DNA of 64,000 nt, taken from NCBI GenBank assembly GCA_016718655.1, contig JADKCV010000002.1, positions 87,803-151,802 of the forward strand, given 5' to 3'. Both the position numbers and the translations under genes were made by a program. Each line of letters starts with the position of its first letter. The stretch's first letter is position 1. The notes beneath the pieces were generated by a model. It was not told the DNA's origin and searched no databases. It was given only the letters and a program-made list of their open reading frames with translations. Of the stretch, positions 28,851-40,022 are shown piece after piece. The DNA is from Flavobacteriales bacterium (GTDB lineage: Bacteria; Bacteroidota; Bacteroidia; Flavobacteriales_F; PHOS-HE28).

Positions 28851-29690
28851 TTCAGGCGCCCTTCTTGGCGTTGATGCGTTCGACGATGAACTTGTTCGAC
28901 GGGTTCTTCGGGCGCGGGTCTTCTTACCCTTCGCCAGCAGACCCTTGCGGCTCCGTGGGTGACCACCGGATGCACGGCCCTCACCACCACCCATCGGGTG
29001 ATCGACCGGGTTCATGGCCACCGCACGGGTGCGGGGACGACGACCCTGCCAGCGGCTGCGACCGGCCTTACCGCTCTTCTGCAGCATGTGCTCGCTATTG
29101 CCCACGGTACCCACGGTGGCCAAACAGCTCACCAGGATCATACGGACCTCACCGCTCGGCATCTTCAGCGTGGCGTAGCGTCCTTCACGGGCGCTCAATT
29201 GGGCGAAGGTGCCGGCGCTGCGTGCGATCGTTCCACCTTGACCCGGCTGAAGCTCGATGTTGTGGATGATGGTACCCACTGGGATCTCGCTCAGCGGAAG
29301 CGTGTTCCCTACTTCGGGGGCAACACCCGTACGACCGCTCACGATCGTTTGTCCCACCTGGAGACCGTTCGGTGCCAGGATATAACGCTTCTCGCCATCC
29401 GCGTAGAACAACAGCGCGATACGTGCACTGCGGTTCGGATCGTACTCGATGGTCTTCACCACCGCAGGGATACCGAACTTGTCACGCTTCATGTCCACCT
29501 CGCGGTAGCGCTGCTTGTGACCACCGCCGATGTAGCGCATGGTCATCTTGCCTTGGTTGTTACGGCCACCGCTCTTGTTGGTGCCGCTGGTCAACGACTT
29601 CAGCGGAACACGCGTGGTGATGCCTTCGAAGTCGGTGATCACCTTGTGACGGGTGCCGGGAGTGACCGGGTTGAGTTTGCGAATGCCCAT
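28851..29690 (-). CDS. rplB: 50S ribosomal protein L2 (apparent frameshift near 28908-28918)
   Basis: [16 protein letters not shown]...[29 protein letters not shown] in frame. Conserved C-terminus [19 protein letters not shown] only in the adjacent frame (stop at 28851-28853). One extra C in the run cgcgcccgaag would restore it. Confidence 0.85.
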
Positions 29691-29710
29691 GGCTCAGGTG
29701 GATACCGGGA

Positions 29711-30004
29711 TCAGATGCTGCTGTAGAGATCGATGACCTCGCCGCTCTTCAGGCTCACGATGGCTTTCTTGAAGCTGTTCGTACGCCCTTTCAGGATGAG
29801 GCTCTTGGTGTAACGCGTGCGGTTCTTGCCGCGGCAGATCATGGTGCGAACGCCCGTCACCGTGACGTTGTACTCCTTCTCCACTGCCTGTTTGATCTGC
29901 ACCTTGTTGCTGGTCTTGGCGACAACGAAGCCGTAACGGCCTTCCTTCTCGCCCTGTGCCGTCATCTTCTCAGTGACGATCGGTCGGATGATGATCTGGC
30001 TCAT
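29711..30004 (-). CDS. rplW: 50S ribosomal protein L23
   Basis: L23 family sequence. Operon position. Confidence 0.9.
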   Translation of the reverse strand: MSQIIIRPIVTEKMTAQGEKEGRYGFVVAKTSNKVQIKQAVEKEYNVTVTGVRTMICRGKNRTRYTKSLILKGRTNSFKKAIVSLKSGEVIDLYSSI

Positions 30005-30007
30005 GGC

Positions 30008-30637
30008 TTACTTGGTGAGGGTGTTCTCCAATGAGGTGATCGCTTCCTTCACGATCAATACCCCGTTGGCGTTCATGATATCATAGGTGCTCAGCTCACT
30101 GGCCACCACCACACGCGCACCCTGCAGGTTGCGTGCGCTCAGGATCACGTTGTCATCCTTGGACGGAACCACCAGGATGCTCTTACGCTCACCGAGTTCG
30201 AAGGCCTTCAGGATGGCAGCGAACTCGCGGGTGCGGGGAGCCGACATGGCCACCGAATCCAACACCTTCACCGAGCCGTCCTTCACCTTGTAGGTCAGGG
30301 CACTGCGACGGGCCAGGTCCTTCACCTTCTTGTTCAGTTTGAAGTGGTAGTCGCGGGGCTTGGGGCCGAACACGCGCGCACCACCCTTGAACAGGGGGCT
30401 CTTGATGGAACCCTTCCGGCTTCCACCCGTGCCCTTTTGACGGTGCAGTTTCTTGGTGGAACCTGAAACCTCGCTCTTCTCGAGCGTCTTGGAGGTCCCC
30501 TGGCGCTTGTTCGCCAAGTGTTGTTTCACATCCAACCAGATGGCGTGGTCGTTCGGTTCGATCCCGAACACCGCATCGCTCAGCTTGGCTTTCTTGCCGG
30601 TGGACTTGCCGTCCTTGCCGAAGATCTCGAGTTCCAT
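30008..30637 (-). CDS. rplD: 50S ribosomal protein L4
   Basis: L4 family sequence. Operon position. Confidence 0.9.
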   Translation of the reverse strand: MELEIFGKDGKSTGKKAKLSDAVFGIEPNDHAIWLDVKQHLANKRQGTSKTLEKSEVSGSTKKLHRQKGTGGSRKGSIKSPLFKGGARVFGPKPRDYHFKLNKKVKDLARRSALTYKVKDGSVKVLDSVAMSAPRTREFAAILKAFELGERKSILVVPSKDDNVILSARNLQGARVVVASELSTYDIMNANGVLIVKEAITSLENTLTK

Positions 30638-30638
30638 C

Positions 30639-31256
30639 TTACTTCCAGATGATCACGAAGCTGCCTTTGGCACCAGGAACGGTACCGCGCAACAGCAACA
30701 GGTTCTTACCAGCGTCCACCTTCACCACCTTGAGGTTCTCGGTGGTCACTTTATTGCCGCCCGTGCGACCGGCCATACGGAGGCCCTTGAACACACGGCT
30801 GGGATAGGATGAACCACCCAGTGAACCGGGGGCACGGCTACGGTCATGCTGACCGTGCGTAGCCTCACCGACACCACTGAAGCCGTGACGCTTCACCACA
30901 CCTTGAAAGCCCTTACCCTTGCTGTTGCCAGTAACGGTGACAAAGCTGCCTTCTTCGAACAGTTCAACGCTAACCGTCTGGCCCAAGGTCATGGTCTCCT
31001 CGAATTCCTTGAACTCGTGAGCCTTCACCTTGGGGGTGGTTCCGGCCTTCTTGTAATGGCCCAGCGCTGCCGCAGGCGTGTTCTTCACCCGACGCTCGCC
31101 GGAGGACAACTGCACCGCAGTGTACCCGTCCTTCTCGAGGGTCTTCACATGGCTGACCACATTGGGGGCTGCTTCGATCACCGTGCAGGCCACCAAGGAC
31201 CCGTCCGTATCGAACAGGCTGGTCATTCCGATCTTCTTTCCGATCAATCCGCTCAT
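30639..31256 (-). CDS. rplC: 50S ribosomal protein L3
   Basis: [20 protein letters not shown]... Confidence 0.95.
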   Translation of the reverse strand: MSGLIGKKIGMTSLFDTDGSLVACTVIEAAPNVVSHVKTLEKDGYTAVQLSSGERRVKNTPAAALGHYKKAGTTPKVKAHEFKEFEETMTLGQTVSVELFEEGSFVTVTGNSKGKGFQGVVKRHGFSGVGEATHGQHDRSRAPGSLGGSSYPSRVFKGLRMAGRTGGNKVTTENLKVVKVDAGKNLLLLRGTVPGAKGSFVIIWK

Positions 31257-31275
31257 GGCTGTGTCGTGTTATCGG

Positions 31276-31581
31276 TCAGACCTTGATCTCCACGTCCACG
31301 CCGCTGGGGAGTTCCAGCTTCATCAGGGCATCGATCGTCTTGGAGGACGAGCTGTAGATGTCCATCATGCGTTTGTAGCTGCAGAGCTGGAATTGCTCGC
31401 GGGCCTTCTTGTTCACGTGCGGGGAGCGGAGCACGGTGAATATGCGCTTGTGTGTAGGCAGTGGAATAGGACCACTGACCACGGCGCCCGTGCTCTTCAC
31501 CGTCTTTACGATCTTCTCGGCGCTCTTGTCGACGAGATTGTGATCGTAGGACCGCAGCTTTATGCGGATCTTCTGGGTCAT
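31276..31581 (-). CDS. rpsJ: 30S ribosomal protein S10
   Basis: [25 protein letters not shown]. Confidence 0.95.
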   Translation of the reverse strand: MTQKIRIKLRSYDHNLVDKSAEKIVKTVKSTGAVVSGPIPLPTHKRIFTVLRSPHVNKKAREQFQLCSYKRMMDIYSSSSKTIDALMKLELPSGVDVEIKV

Positions 31582-31592
31582 CGCTGTTTGCG

Positions 31593-33701
31593 TTAGGCTG
31601 AAACTTTACCGCGCACCTTGGCCAGGACGGCTTCGGTCACGTTATTGGGTGCTGGATCGTAGTGGCTGAACTCCATGGTGCTGCTTGCACGGCCGGAACT
31701 CATGGTGCGCAGGGAGGTCACGTAGCCGAACATCTCGCTCAAAGGCACGGTGCCTTTGATCGCCTTAGCGCCGGAACGGTCCTCCATGCCTTGGATGGTT
31801 CCGCGGCGACGGTTGAGGTCGCCCACGATATCACCCATGTTCTCCTCAGGCGTGATCACCTCGATCTTCATGATGGGCTCCAACAGCACCGGCTTGCACT
31901 TGGGCAGGGCCGTACGGAAGGCGCTCTTCGCGCAGATCTCGAAGCTCAGTGCGTCGGAGTCCACGTTGTGGAAACTTCCATCGTACAAGGTCACTTTCAA
32001 GGTCTCGATCGGGAACCCGGCGAGCACACCGTTCTTCAAGGAAGCCTCGAAGCCTTTCTGCACCGGTGCGATGAATTCCTTCGGGATGCTACCACCCTTG
32101 ATCTCGTCCACGAACACCAAGCCTGTCTTCTCGGGATCGGTCTGTGGTTCGATGCGTACATGGATGTCCGCGAACTTACCGCGACCACCCGTCTGCTTCT
32201 TGTACAACTCGCGGTGTTCCACGGAGCCCGTGATGGCCTCCTTGTACTTCACCTGGGGCGCGCCTTGGTTGCACTCCACCTTGAACTCGCGCTTCATGCG
32301 GTCCACGAGGATCTCCAAATGCAGTTCGCCCATTCCGCTGATCACGGTCTGACCGGTCTCTTCGTCGGTGTGCACCTTGAAGGTCGGATCCTCCTCGGCC
32401 AACTTGGCCAATGCCGCACCCATCTTGTCCAGATCGGCCTGGGTCTTCGGCTCCACAGCGATACCGATCACCGGCTCCGGGAAGCTCATGCTCTCCAGAA
32501 TGATCGGATGCTCCTCGGCACATAGCGTGTCACCGGTACGAATGTCCTTGAAACCTACTGCCGCGCCGATGTCACCGGCAACGATACGCTCCACAGGGTT
32601 CTGCTTGTTGGAGTGCATCTGGAAGATGCGGCTGATACGCTCCTTCTTGTCACTACGCGTGTTCAGTACGTAGCTACCGGCCTCCAACACGCCGCTGTAG
32701 GCGCGGAAGAATGCCAGGCGACCCACGAACGGATCGGTCGCGATCTTGAAGGCAAGACCAGCGAAAGGCTCATCGGGATCGGGACGACGCAGGATCTCGG
32801 TATCGGTGCGGGGATCGATACCCGTGACCGCCTCGATATCCATTGGGCTGGGCAAATAGGCCATCACAGCATCGAGCATGGTCTGCACACCCTTGTTCTT
32901 GAAGGCGCTACCGCACAGGATCGGGGTGATGCTCATGTTGATCGCGCTCTTACGGATCGCGGCCATCACCTCGGCTTCGGTCAAGCTATCGGGATCGGCG
33001 AAGTACTTCTCCATCAACTTGTCGTCGCTCTCAGCAACGGCTTCGATGAGCTTGTCGCGCCACTCCTTCACGGTCTCCTTCAGGTCCTCGGGGATGGGAA
33101 CCTCGCTCCAGGTCATGCCCTGGTCGGCTTCGTTCCATACCATGCCGCGGTTGTTGATCAGGTCCACAACGCCTTTGAAGTCCGCTTCGGCACCGATGGG
33201 CACCTGCAGGGGAACCGGGTTGGCGCCGAGGCGCTCGCGGATCTGCTTCACCACGTTGAAGAAGTCGGCACCGCTGCGGTCCATCTTGTTGACGAAGCCG
33301 ATGCGGGGCACCTTGTACTTGTTGGCCTGGCGCCATACGGTCTCGCTCTGTGGCTCTACACCGCCCACGGCACAGAACAGGGCCACGGCACCGTCAAGCA
33401 CGCGCAGGCTGCGCTCCACCTCAACGGTGAAGTCCACGTGACCCGGCGTATCGATCAGGTTGATCTTGTACTTGTCACCACGATAATCCCAACTGGTGGT
33501 GGTGGCGGCGCTGGTGATGGTGATACCACGCTCCTGCTCCTGCGCCATCCAATCCATGGTGGCCGCACCGTCATGCACCTCACCGATCTTGTGAACAAGA
33601 CCCGTGTAGTACAGGATGCGCTCGGAAGTGGTGGTCTTCCCGGCATCGATGTGCGCCATGATGCCGATGTTGCGCGTGAATGTTAGGTCCCTCTTGGCCA
33701 T
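31593..33701 (-). CDS. fusA: elongation factor G
   Basis: True start [34 protein letters not shown] (ATG at 33701). ORF-track N-terminal extension is spurious. Confidence 0.95.
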   Translation of the reverse strand: MAKRDLTFTRNIGIMAHIDAGKTTTSERILYYTGLVHKIGEVHDGAATMDWMAQEQERGITITSAATTTSWDYRGDKYKINLIDTPGHVDFTVEVERSLRVLDGAVALFCAVGGVEPQSETVWRQANKYKVPRIGFVNKMDRSGADFFNVVKQIRERLGANPVPLQVPIGAEADFKGVVDLINNRGMVWNEADQGMTWSEVPIPEDLKETVKEWRDKLIEAVAESDDKLMEKYFADPDSLTEAEVMAAIRKSAINMSITPILCGSAFKNKGVQTMLDAVMAYLPSPMDIEAVTGIDPRTDTEILRRPDPDEPFAGLAFKIATDPFVGRLAFFRAYSGVLEAGSYVLNTRSDKKERISRIFQMHSNKQNPVERIVAGDIGAAVGFKDIRTGDTLCAEEHPIILESMSFPEPVIGIAVEPKTQADLDKMGAALAKLAEEDPTFKVHTDEETGQTVISGMGELHLEILVDRMKREFKVECNQGAPQVKYKEAITGSVEHRELYKKQTGGRGKFADIHVRIEPQTDPEKTGLVFVDEIKGGSIPKEFIAPVQKGFEASLKNGVLAGFPIETLKVTLYDGSFHNVDSDALSFEICAKSAFRTALPKCKPVLLEPIMKIEVITPEENMGDIVGDLNRRRGTIQGMEDRSGAKAIKGTVPLSEMFGYVTSLRTMSSGRASSTMEFSHYDPAPNNVTEAVLAKVRGKVSA

Positions 33702-33726
33702 GATCGTGCTCGCTCTACCGTCGTTA

Positions 33727-34191
33727 TCAGAAACGGAAGTGGCTGAATGCCTTGTTGGCCTCGGCCATCTTGTGGATCTCCTCCTTCTTCTTGAACGCCC
33801 CACCCTCTTCCTTGGAAGCGGCCAGGATCTCGTTCGCCAGCTTCATGGCCATGCTCCGCTCGTTGCGGTTACGTGCGTAACCGATGAGCCATTTCATGGC
33901 CAAGCTCTTCTTGCGGTCCTCACGGACCGACTGTGGGATCTGGAAGTTGGCACCGCCCACCCGGCGACTACGAACCTCCACTTGGGGGGTCACGTTGGTA
34001 AGTGCTTTGCGGAACACCTCCAGACCTTCCTCGCCGCTCTTCTCGGACACGATGTCCATAGCGGAATAGAAGATATCGAACGACTTGCTCTTCTTGCCGT
34101 CGTACATGAGGTTGTTCACGAACTTGGTCACTTGCACGTCACCGAACTTGGGATCGGGGAGCGTGGTGTGCTTGACTGTCTTCTTGCGCAT
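33727..34191 (-). CDS. rpsG: 30S ribosomal protein S7
   Basis: S7 family sequence. Operon position. Confidence 0.95.
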   Translation of the reverse strand: MRKKTVKHTTLPDPKFGDVQVTKFVNNLMYDGKKSKSFDIFYSAMDIVSEKSGEEGLEVFRKALTNVTPQVEVRSRRVGGANFQIPQSVREDRKKSLAMKWLIGYARNRNERSMAMKLANEILAASKEEGGAFKKKEEIHKMAEANKAFSHFRF

Positions 34192-34211
34192 GGCTGCTTC
34201 GTGCTGACAGG

Positions 34212-34610
34212 TTACTTCTTCTTGGCAGGGGCTGCTCCGGGCTTCGGACGCTTGGTGCCATACTTGCTACGACGCTGATTACGGCCCTCCACACCCGAGG
34301 TGTCGAGCACGCCTCGTACGATGTGGTACTTCACACCGGGAAGGTCCTTCACACGACCGCCGCGGACAAGCACGATGCTGTGCTCCTGCAGGTTGTGTCC
34401 TTCACCGCCGATGTAAGCGATCACCTCGTACCCGTTCACCAAACGAACCTTGGCCACCTTACGGAGGGCCGAGTTCGGCTTCTTGGGGGTGGTGGTGTAC
34501 ACTTTGGTACACACGCCACGGCGCTGCGGGCAGCGGGTCAAGGCAACTGACTTGCTCTTGTACTCAGGGTTCTCGCGGCCCTTACGGATGAGCTGTTGGA
34601 TCGTTGGCAT
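34212..34610 (-). CDS. rpsL: 30S ribosomal protein S12
   Basis: [24 protein letters not shown]...[11 protein letters not shown]. Confidence 0.95.
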   Translation of the reverse strand: MPTIQQLIRKGRENPEYKSKSVALTRCPQRRGVCTKVYTTTPKKPNSALRKVAKVRLVNGYEVIAYIGGEGHNLQEHSIVLVRGGRVKDLPGVKYHIVRGVLDTSGVEGRNQRRSKYGTKRPKPGAAPAKKK

Positions 34611-34885
34611 GAGGTCCTTTCGTCTTGGCTTTCAGGCGTTTCCGCGCACTCCTTGGCGAAAACGGGCTGCGAAGGTAGGGAGATCCATCTTATGAACGAT
34701 CCCTGGGTGATGAAAAATCGCTGCACCCCACGCTCCGATCAACCGGGGATCCGATCATACCCACTGCAGAACTTATATCCATCTGTTTGATATTCAAGTG
34801 ATTGACAAACACTACTCACGCACCACACCAGGTAACGAACAGCGCTCCGACCCACAACCTTGCAAGGTCCACATGCTGAATATGT

Positions 34886-34905
34886 CTATATTTGATCAGA
34901 TCAAA
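34886..34905 (+). promoter_or_regulatory. Bacteroidota-type -7 promoter element TATATTTG overlapping a perfect palindrome TTTGATC-A-GATCAAA, ~30 bp upstream of the fic ATG
   Basis: TAnnTTTG consensus at 34886-34893. 7-1-7 inverted repeat at 34891-34905. Confidence 0.4.
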
Positions 34906-34925
34906 TGATCTGTTAACGATCTACA

Positions 34926-35891
34926 ATGGACCTAGGCACCATCACCTATTACTCCATCGATCCACGCATGCTGAACCTGGTGGCCAACATCCACCACCGG
35001 CTCGGTGAGGTCCATGCTCGGCACCTGCAGCACAGCCCGCCCGACCTGGCCCGTGCCTACCGCGTTAGCGCCGTCCACGCCAATGTGGCGATAGAAGGCG
35101 GTATGCTCGATCACCTGCCCGTGGCAGAGCTGGTGAACCGACCTTCCGGCGCCATCGGTCCTGCCGACCTGGAAGTGGTGAACACCCACCGCACGCTGGA
35201 ACACCTGCCCGAGATGGACCCCTTCCTGGCCAACGACCTCCGCCAGGCCCACACCCTATTGATGCATGGCCTGGCCACCGATGCTGGCCATTTCCGCACC
35301 GGACCCATGGATGTCCTGTACGGCGACCCGGAGCCCCTTCGCACCGCTAGTGCCCATGACCTTCCCGCGGTGGTACAGGACCTGCTGCGGTATGCAGAAG
35401 AGGACGATTTCCCACCGATCATCACAAGCTGTGTGGTCCATTTCGGACTGATCTACTTGCGACCCTTCACTGCCGGGAACGGCCGCTTGGCCCGCTTATG
35501 GCAGCGACGCATACTCATGCGGCACTGGTCGGTGTTCGGCTACCTTCCCTATGAGGCTTTCATCCACCGTGCCGAGCCTGCCTACCATGCCGCCCTGGAG
35601 TATGCCGACCGTCGTGGCGACTGCGGAGGCTTCATCGTATACCTCCTGGAACGCTTGGACGAGGCCTTGGCTGAAGTATTGGACGCCCCGGACCCGGTCC
35701 GCAAGCCGCAGGACCGCCTCCACCTCTTCCTCCAGCAGTGGGGGGATCGTCTGTTCCGCCGCAAGGACTACCTCATCTTCTTCCCGGAGCTCAGCACAGC
35801 CACAGCCACCCGCGACCTGATGGAAGCCACGGCCGACGGACGCATCCAGAAGTTCGGGGCAGTAAGGACCGCAGCGTACCGCAGCACGTGA
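34926..35891 (+). CDS. Fic/Doc-family protein with non-canonical active-site motif (RPFTAGNGRLAR)
   Basis: Fido fold signatures (LRQAHTLLMHGLATDAGHFRTGPMDV upstream helix; xPFxxGNGR loop), but the catalytic His of HPFx[DE]GNGR is Arg and the acidic residue is Ala. Confidence 0.65.
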   Translation: MDLGTITYYSIDPRMLNLVANIHHRLGEVHARHLQHSPPDLARAYRVSAVHANVAIEGGMLDHLPVAELVNRPSGAIGPADLEVVNTHRTLEHLPEMDPFLANDLRQAHTLLMHGLATDAGHFRTGPMDVLYGDPEPLRTASAHDLPAVVQDLLRYAEEDDFPPIITSCVVHFGLIYLRPFTAGNGRLARLWQRRILMRHWSVFGYLPYEAFIHRAEPAYHAALEYADRRGDCGGFIVYLLERLDEALAEVLDAPDPVRKPQDRLHLFLQQWGDRLFRRKDYLIFFPELSTATATRDLMEATADGRIQKFGAVRTAAYRST

Positions 35892-35967
35892 TACGCACCA
35901 CGCGGGTCATCAATGGTTCAACGCCCTTCGGTCACCGTACATCACGGGCCGGGAACAGAATCGTTCC

Positions 35968-37470
35968 TTGCGGTGTCTAATTGTCATGTACCGCCCCTGT
36001 CTTGCCCTTTTGCTCATACTCATCGCGATGGGCACACACGCCCAACGGGAGGCCCATCGTTGGTACTTCGGCGGAGAAGGTGTCGGTCTGGACTTCACTA
36101 CCTGCCCGCCCACCGTTGTCCAGGACGGCCTAGGTGCGGGCACCTTCGAAGGTGCCGCCACCATCAGTGACCCTGTGACCGGGGACCTGTTGTTCTACAC
36201 CACCGGAAATGTGATCATCAACGCGGAGCACGAGGTGATGGTGAACGGCGAACCGTCCGGTTTGACCAACACCATGTCCCAGAACACGATCATCCCCAAA
36301 CCGGGGTCGAACACCATCTACTACGTGTTCACTCCGGATGTGCAGGGCGGTCTGGTCCTCAATACGCTCTATCCCGATGCCTACGGGTTGAACATGGCCA
36401 TCGTGGACATGTCGCTCGACTTCGGTCGGGGTGCCGTGGTGGACAAGTTCATCCCCGTGAGGCCACCCCCCAATTGCGAACTCCTGACCGCAGTACGTCA
36501 TAGCAACGGTGTGGACTTCTGGTTGATCGGACACGTGTATGGGACGAATGAATTCTTCGTGTATGCCATCACCGAGGATGGGCTGTCCGAGGAACCGTTG
36601 CTACAGGCCATCGGCCCAGTGATCGACACACCACAACCCGGTACCCCCGACGGGTCCAACTTCGACGCCATCGGCCACCTCAAAGCCTCCCCTCAAGGTG
36701 ACCGACTGGCCTTCACCACCTTTTACAACGGCACCACCGCACTGTTCGACTTCGACCCCAACACAGGGATCATCAGCAACCCCATCCCCTTGCTGATCGG
36801 CAAGGGGGGCTATGGCGTTTGCTTCTCGCCCGGTGGGAGCAAGCTATACATCACCGCGAGGGATAGCGCGCAATACGGCATCTTCTTCGATGCTGACCTG
36901 CTGCAATTCGACTTGAACGCAGGTGACCCTGGGGCCATACAGGCTTCGCGATTTCCGGTCTTCTCACCGAACGTGGGTGGGTTCGCCACCATGCGCTTGG
37001 GTCCCGACCAACGCATCTATGTGGCGCGCGCCAGCCAGGACCTCAGCCCATTGGGCGATGAATACTTGGGAATGATCATCCGGCCTGAACTGGCTGGCGC
37101 GGCGTGCAGCTATGTACACAATGGCGTGTTCTTGAACGGCCAACAGGGAAGTTGGAGCCTGAACAGCCTCTACGAGACCGGCGGAACGTGCGGAAATGAC
37201 CTCCCGACCGGTATCCAAACGCCACCCTCGCCCACCAAGCTCACCTTGATACCTGGAGCGGGATGTTTGGAGGTCATGTGGCCTGATGGTGCGGATCCGG
37301 ATCGCTTGGACCTGCTCACCTCCGATGGTCGCATCGTAGCCTCGTTGGATGTGCGACCCTCCACAGGTCGCGTCAGTGTTCCTACCGCCGGCTGGGCCGC
37401 AGGCTGCTATGTTTTGCAGGTGAGCGGTCCTCAGCTCGTTCAAAGTGAACGCTTCGTGATCCCGGAGTGA
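35968..37470 (+). CDS. secreted protein with signal peptide and T9SS-type C-terminal sorting domain
   Basis: N-terminus MRCLIVMYRPCLALLLILIAMGTHAQ. C-terminus ...GCYVLQVSGPQLVQSERFVIPE resembles the Por C-terminal domain. Body beta-rich (WYFGGEGVGLDF..., repeated G-rich strands). Confidence 0.55.
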   Translation: MRCLIVMYRPCLALLLILIAMGTHAQREAHRWYFGGEGVGLDFTTCPPTVVQDGLGAGTFEGAATISDPVTGDLLFYTTGNVIINAEHEVMVNGEPSGLTNTMSQNTIIPKPGSNTIYYVFTPDVQGGLVLNTLYPDAYGLNMAIVDMSLDFGRGAVVDKFIPVRPPPNCELLTAVRHSNGVDFWLIGHVYGTNEFFVYAITEDGLSEEPLLQAIGPVIDTPQPGTPDGSNFDAIGHLKASPQGDRLAFTTFYNGTTALFDFDPNTGIISNPIPLLIGKGGYGVCFSPGGSKLYITARDSAQYGIFFDADLLQFDLNAGDPGAIQASRFPVFSPNVGGFATMRLGPDQRIYVARASQDLSPLGDEYLGMIIRPELAGAACSYVHNGVFLNGQQGSWSLNSLYETGGTCGNDLPTGIQTPPSPTKLTLIPGAGCLEVMWPDGADPDRLDLLTSDGRIVASLDVRPSTGRVSVPTAGWAAGCYVLQVSGPQLVQSERFVIPE

Positions 37471-37624
37471 CCCGGTTGCGGGTTGTTGGTCGGTCACATC
37501 CATCGCTTGCCGACAACCGTGATCCTTCGAAGCGCGCTTCCGGGCGATGATGGCCCGAGGGGTCCCACTGTTGATATCAGTGGAAGCGAGGCCTTTCCTG
37601 CACGGTTACCTTTGCACCCTTTCC

Positions 37625-40018
37625 ATGGACTACCTGAAAGGCCTGAACCCTGCGCAGCGCGCGGCCTCCGAACATACCGAGGGGCCCATCATGGTCATCG
37701 CGGGTGCGGGCAGCGGCAAGACCAAGGTGCTCACCGTCCGCATCGCGCATCTGATGGCCGCCAAGGGAGTGGACCCCTATCGTATCCTCGCCCTCACCTT
37801 CACCAACAAGGCGGCCAAGGAGATGAAGGAGCGTATCGCTGGCATTGTTGGGCGCAGTGAGGCAGCCGGCCTGTGGATGGGTACCTTCCACAGCATATTC
37901 AGCCGCATCCTACGTGCCGAAGCGGACAAACTGGGCTACCCCAAGGACTTCACCATCTACGATACCGACGATAGCCGCAGTGTGATCAAGGGTATCGTGA
38001 AGGAGTGGCAACTGGATGACAAGTTGTACAAGCCCAACCAGGTGCACGGGCGCATCAGTATCGCCAAGAACAACCTCATCGGACCCTTGGAATACCTGGC
38101 CAATACCGAGCTGATGGCGGGCGACGCCAGCGTGGGGCGTGAGCGCATGGGCGAACTCTACAAGGCCTACGCGGAGAAATGCTTCCGCGCGGGTGCCATG
38201 GACTTCGACGACCTGCTCTTCAACACCGCCCTGCTCTTCCGCGACCACCCGGAGGCGATGCTGAAGTACCAACAGCGCTTCCAGTACTTGCTGGTGGACG
38301 AGTACCAGGACACCAACCTGGTGCAGTACAACATCGTGAAGACCCTGGCCGCCCGGCATGAGAACATCACCGTGGTGGGTGATGACAGCCAGAGCATCTA
38401 CGCGTTCCGCGGAGCGAACATCCAGAACATCCTCAACTTCCGCAGCGACTACCCGGACCACAAGCTCTTCAAGCTGGAGCAGAACTACCGGAGCACCAAG
38501 GTGATCGTGGGTGCCGCCAATTCACTCATCGACAAGAACAAGGACCAGATCAAGAAGACCATCTGGACCGACAATGCCGAAGGCGAACGCATCCGCGTGC
38601 ACCGCGCACTCAGCGACAACGAGGAAGGCGGCTATGTGGCGCACAGCATATTCGAGACCAAGATGCGGGAACAGGTGCCGAACAAGGGCTTCGCCATCCT
38701 CTACCGCACCAATGCCCAGAGCCGGAGCATGGAGGAAGCCTTGCGCAAACTGAACGTGCCGTACCGTATCTACGGGGGCATGAGCTTCTACCAGCGCAAG
38801 GAGATCAAGGACCTGATCAGCTACTTCCGCTTGGTCTGCAACCCGCGCGATGAGGAAGCGCTGAAGCGCGTGATCAACTTCCCTACCCGCGGCATCGGGC
38901 AGACCACGGTGGACAAGCTGTTGGTGACCAGCGCTGCGCAGCGCACCTCCATCTGGGACCTGCTGACCGAACATGCGGACCTGGTGGACGTACATGGTGG
39001 AACGCGGAAGGCCTTGGCCGACTTCGTGCTGATGATACAGGGATTCCAGACCATGCTGCCCAACCAGAGCGCGGCGGTATTGGGTGAGGAGATCGCGCGC
39101 CGCACCGGTATCCTCAAGGACCTCTTTTCCGACAAGACACCCGAGGGTGTGAGCCGGTATGAGAACATCCAGGAACTACTGGCCGGCATGAAGGAATTCA
39201 GCGAACGCGATGCCGAAGGAAGTGATGTTCCGAAGACCCTGAGCGACTTCCTCATCGATGTGGCCTTGCTGACGGATGCGGACAACGACGACCCGAACGA
39301 CAACGACCGGGTGAGTCTGATGACCATCCACAGCGCGAAGGGATTGGAGTTCCCCCACGTACACATCGTGGGCTTGGAGGAGGATCTTTTCCCCAACCTC
39401 ATGGCGGTGCAGAGCCGGGCCGACCTGGAGGAGGAGCGTCGCCTGTTCTATGTGGCACTTACCCGCGCCGAGAAGCGCTGCACGCTGAGCTATGCCATGA
39501 GCCGGTACAAGTGGGGCAACCTCACGGCCAGCGAGCCCAGCCGCTTCATCGACGAGATCGACCCGCAGTACTTGGAGATGCCTTCCACCAACCGGTTCGG
39601 CGACGCAAGGAGCACCAGCACTGCACCCAGCGGACCACTCCCCCCTTGGGCCAGACCGCAACGCACGGTGGACCGACCGGCCGACGAACGCAGCAACAGC
39701 AAGCCGGTATATGGCCGGGAGAAGCGAGCGCCGCAGCCCGGCGAAGGACAACGTGCGCCTTCGCAGGTACCTGTTCAACCGCAACGCAACCTGAAGCGCA
39801 TCACCAGCACGGGCACACCGGCACAAGCCACGACGACACTGGGTGGCGTGGTTCCCGATCTGGCCGAGGGCATGACCGTGGAACACGAACGCTTCGGCAA
39901 GGGCAAGGTGCTCAAGATCGAAGGACAGGCACCGGACCTCAAGGCCACCGTGTTCTTCCCCAGCGCGGGTCAGAAGCAACTGCTGCTGCGGTTCGCGAAG
40001 TTGACCGTGGTGGGATGA
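37625..40018 (+). CDS. ATP-dependent DNA helicase UvrD/PcrA family
   Basis: Walker A GAGSGKT, helicase motifs (DEYQDTN, VGDDSQSIYAFRGA, TIHSAKGLEF), C-terminal UvrD-like tail. True ATG at 37625. Confidence 0.9.
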   Translation: MDYLKGLNPAQRAASEHTEGPIMVIAGAGSGKTKVLTVRIAHLMAAKGVDPYRILALTFTNKAAKEMKERIAGIVGRSEAAGLWMGTFHSIFSRILRAEADKLGYPKDFTIYDTDDSRSVIKGIVKEWQLDDKLYKPNQVHGRISIAKNNLIGPLEYLANTELMAGDASVGRERMGELYKAYAEKCFRAGAMDFDDLLFNTALLFRDHPEAMLKYQQRFQYLLVDEYQDTNLVQYNIVKTLAARHENITVVGDDSQSIYAFRGANIQNILNFRSDYPDHKLFKLEQNYRSTKVIVGAANSLIDKNKDQIKKTIWTDNAEGERIRVHRALSDNEEGGYVAHSIFETKMREQVPNKGFAILYRTNAQSRSMEEALRKLNVPYRIYGGMSFYQRKEIKDLISYFRLVCNPRDEEALKRVINFPTRGIGQTTVDKLLVTSAAQRTSIWDLLTEHADLVDVHGGTRKALADFVLMIQGFQTMLPNQSAAVLGEEIARRTGILKDLFSDKTPEGVSRYENIQELLAGMKEFSERDAEGSDVPKTLSDFLIDVALLTDADNDDPNDNDRVSLMTIHSAKGLEFPHVHIVGLEEDLFPNLMAVQSRADLEEERRLFYVALTRAEKRCTLSYAMSRYKWGNLTASEPSRFIDEIDPQYLEMPSTNRFGDARSTSTAPSGPLPPWARPQRTVDRPADERSNSKPVYGREKRAPQPGEGQRAPSQVPVQPQRNLKRITSTGTPAQATTTLGGVVPDLAEGMTVEHERFGKGKVLKIEGQAPDLKATVFFPSAGQKQLLLRFAKLTVVG

Positions 40019-40022
40019 GGGT

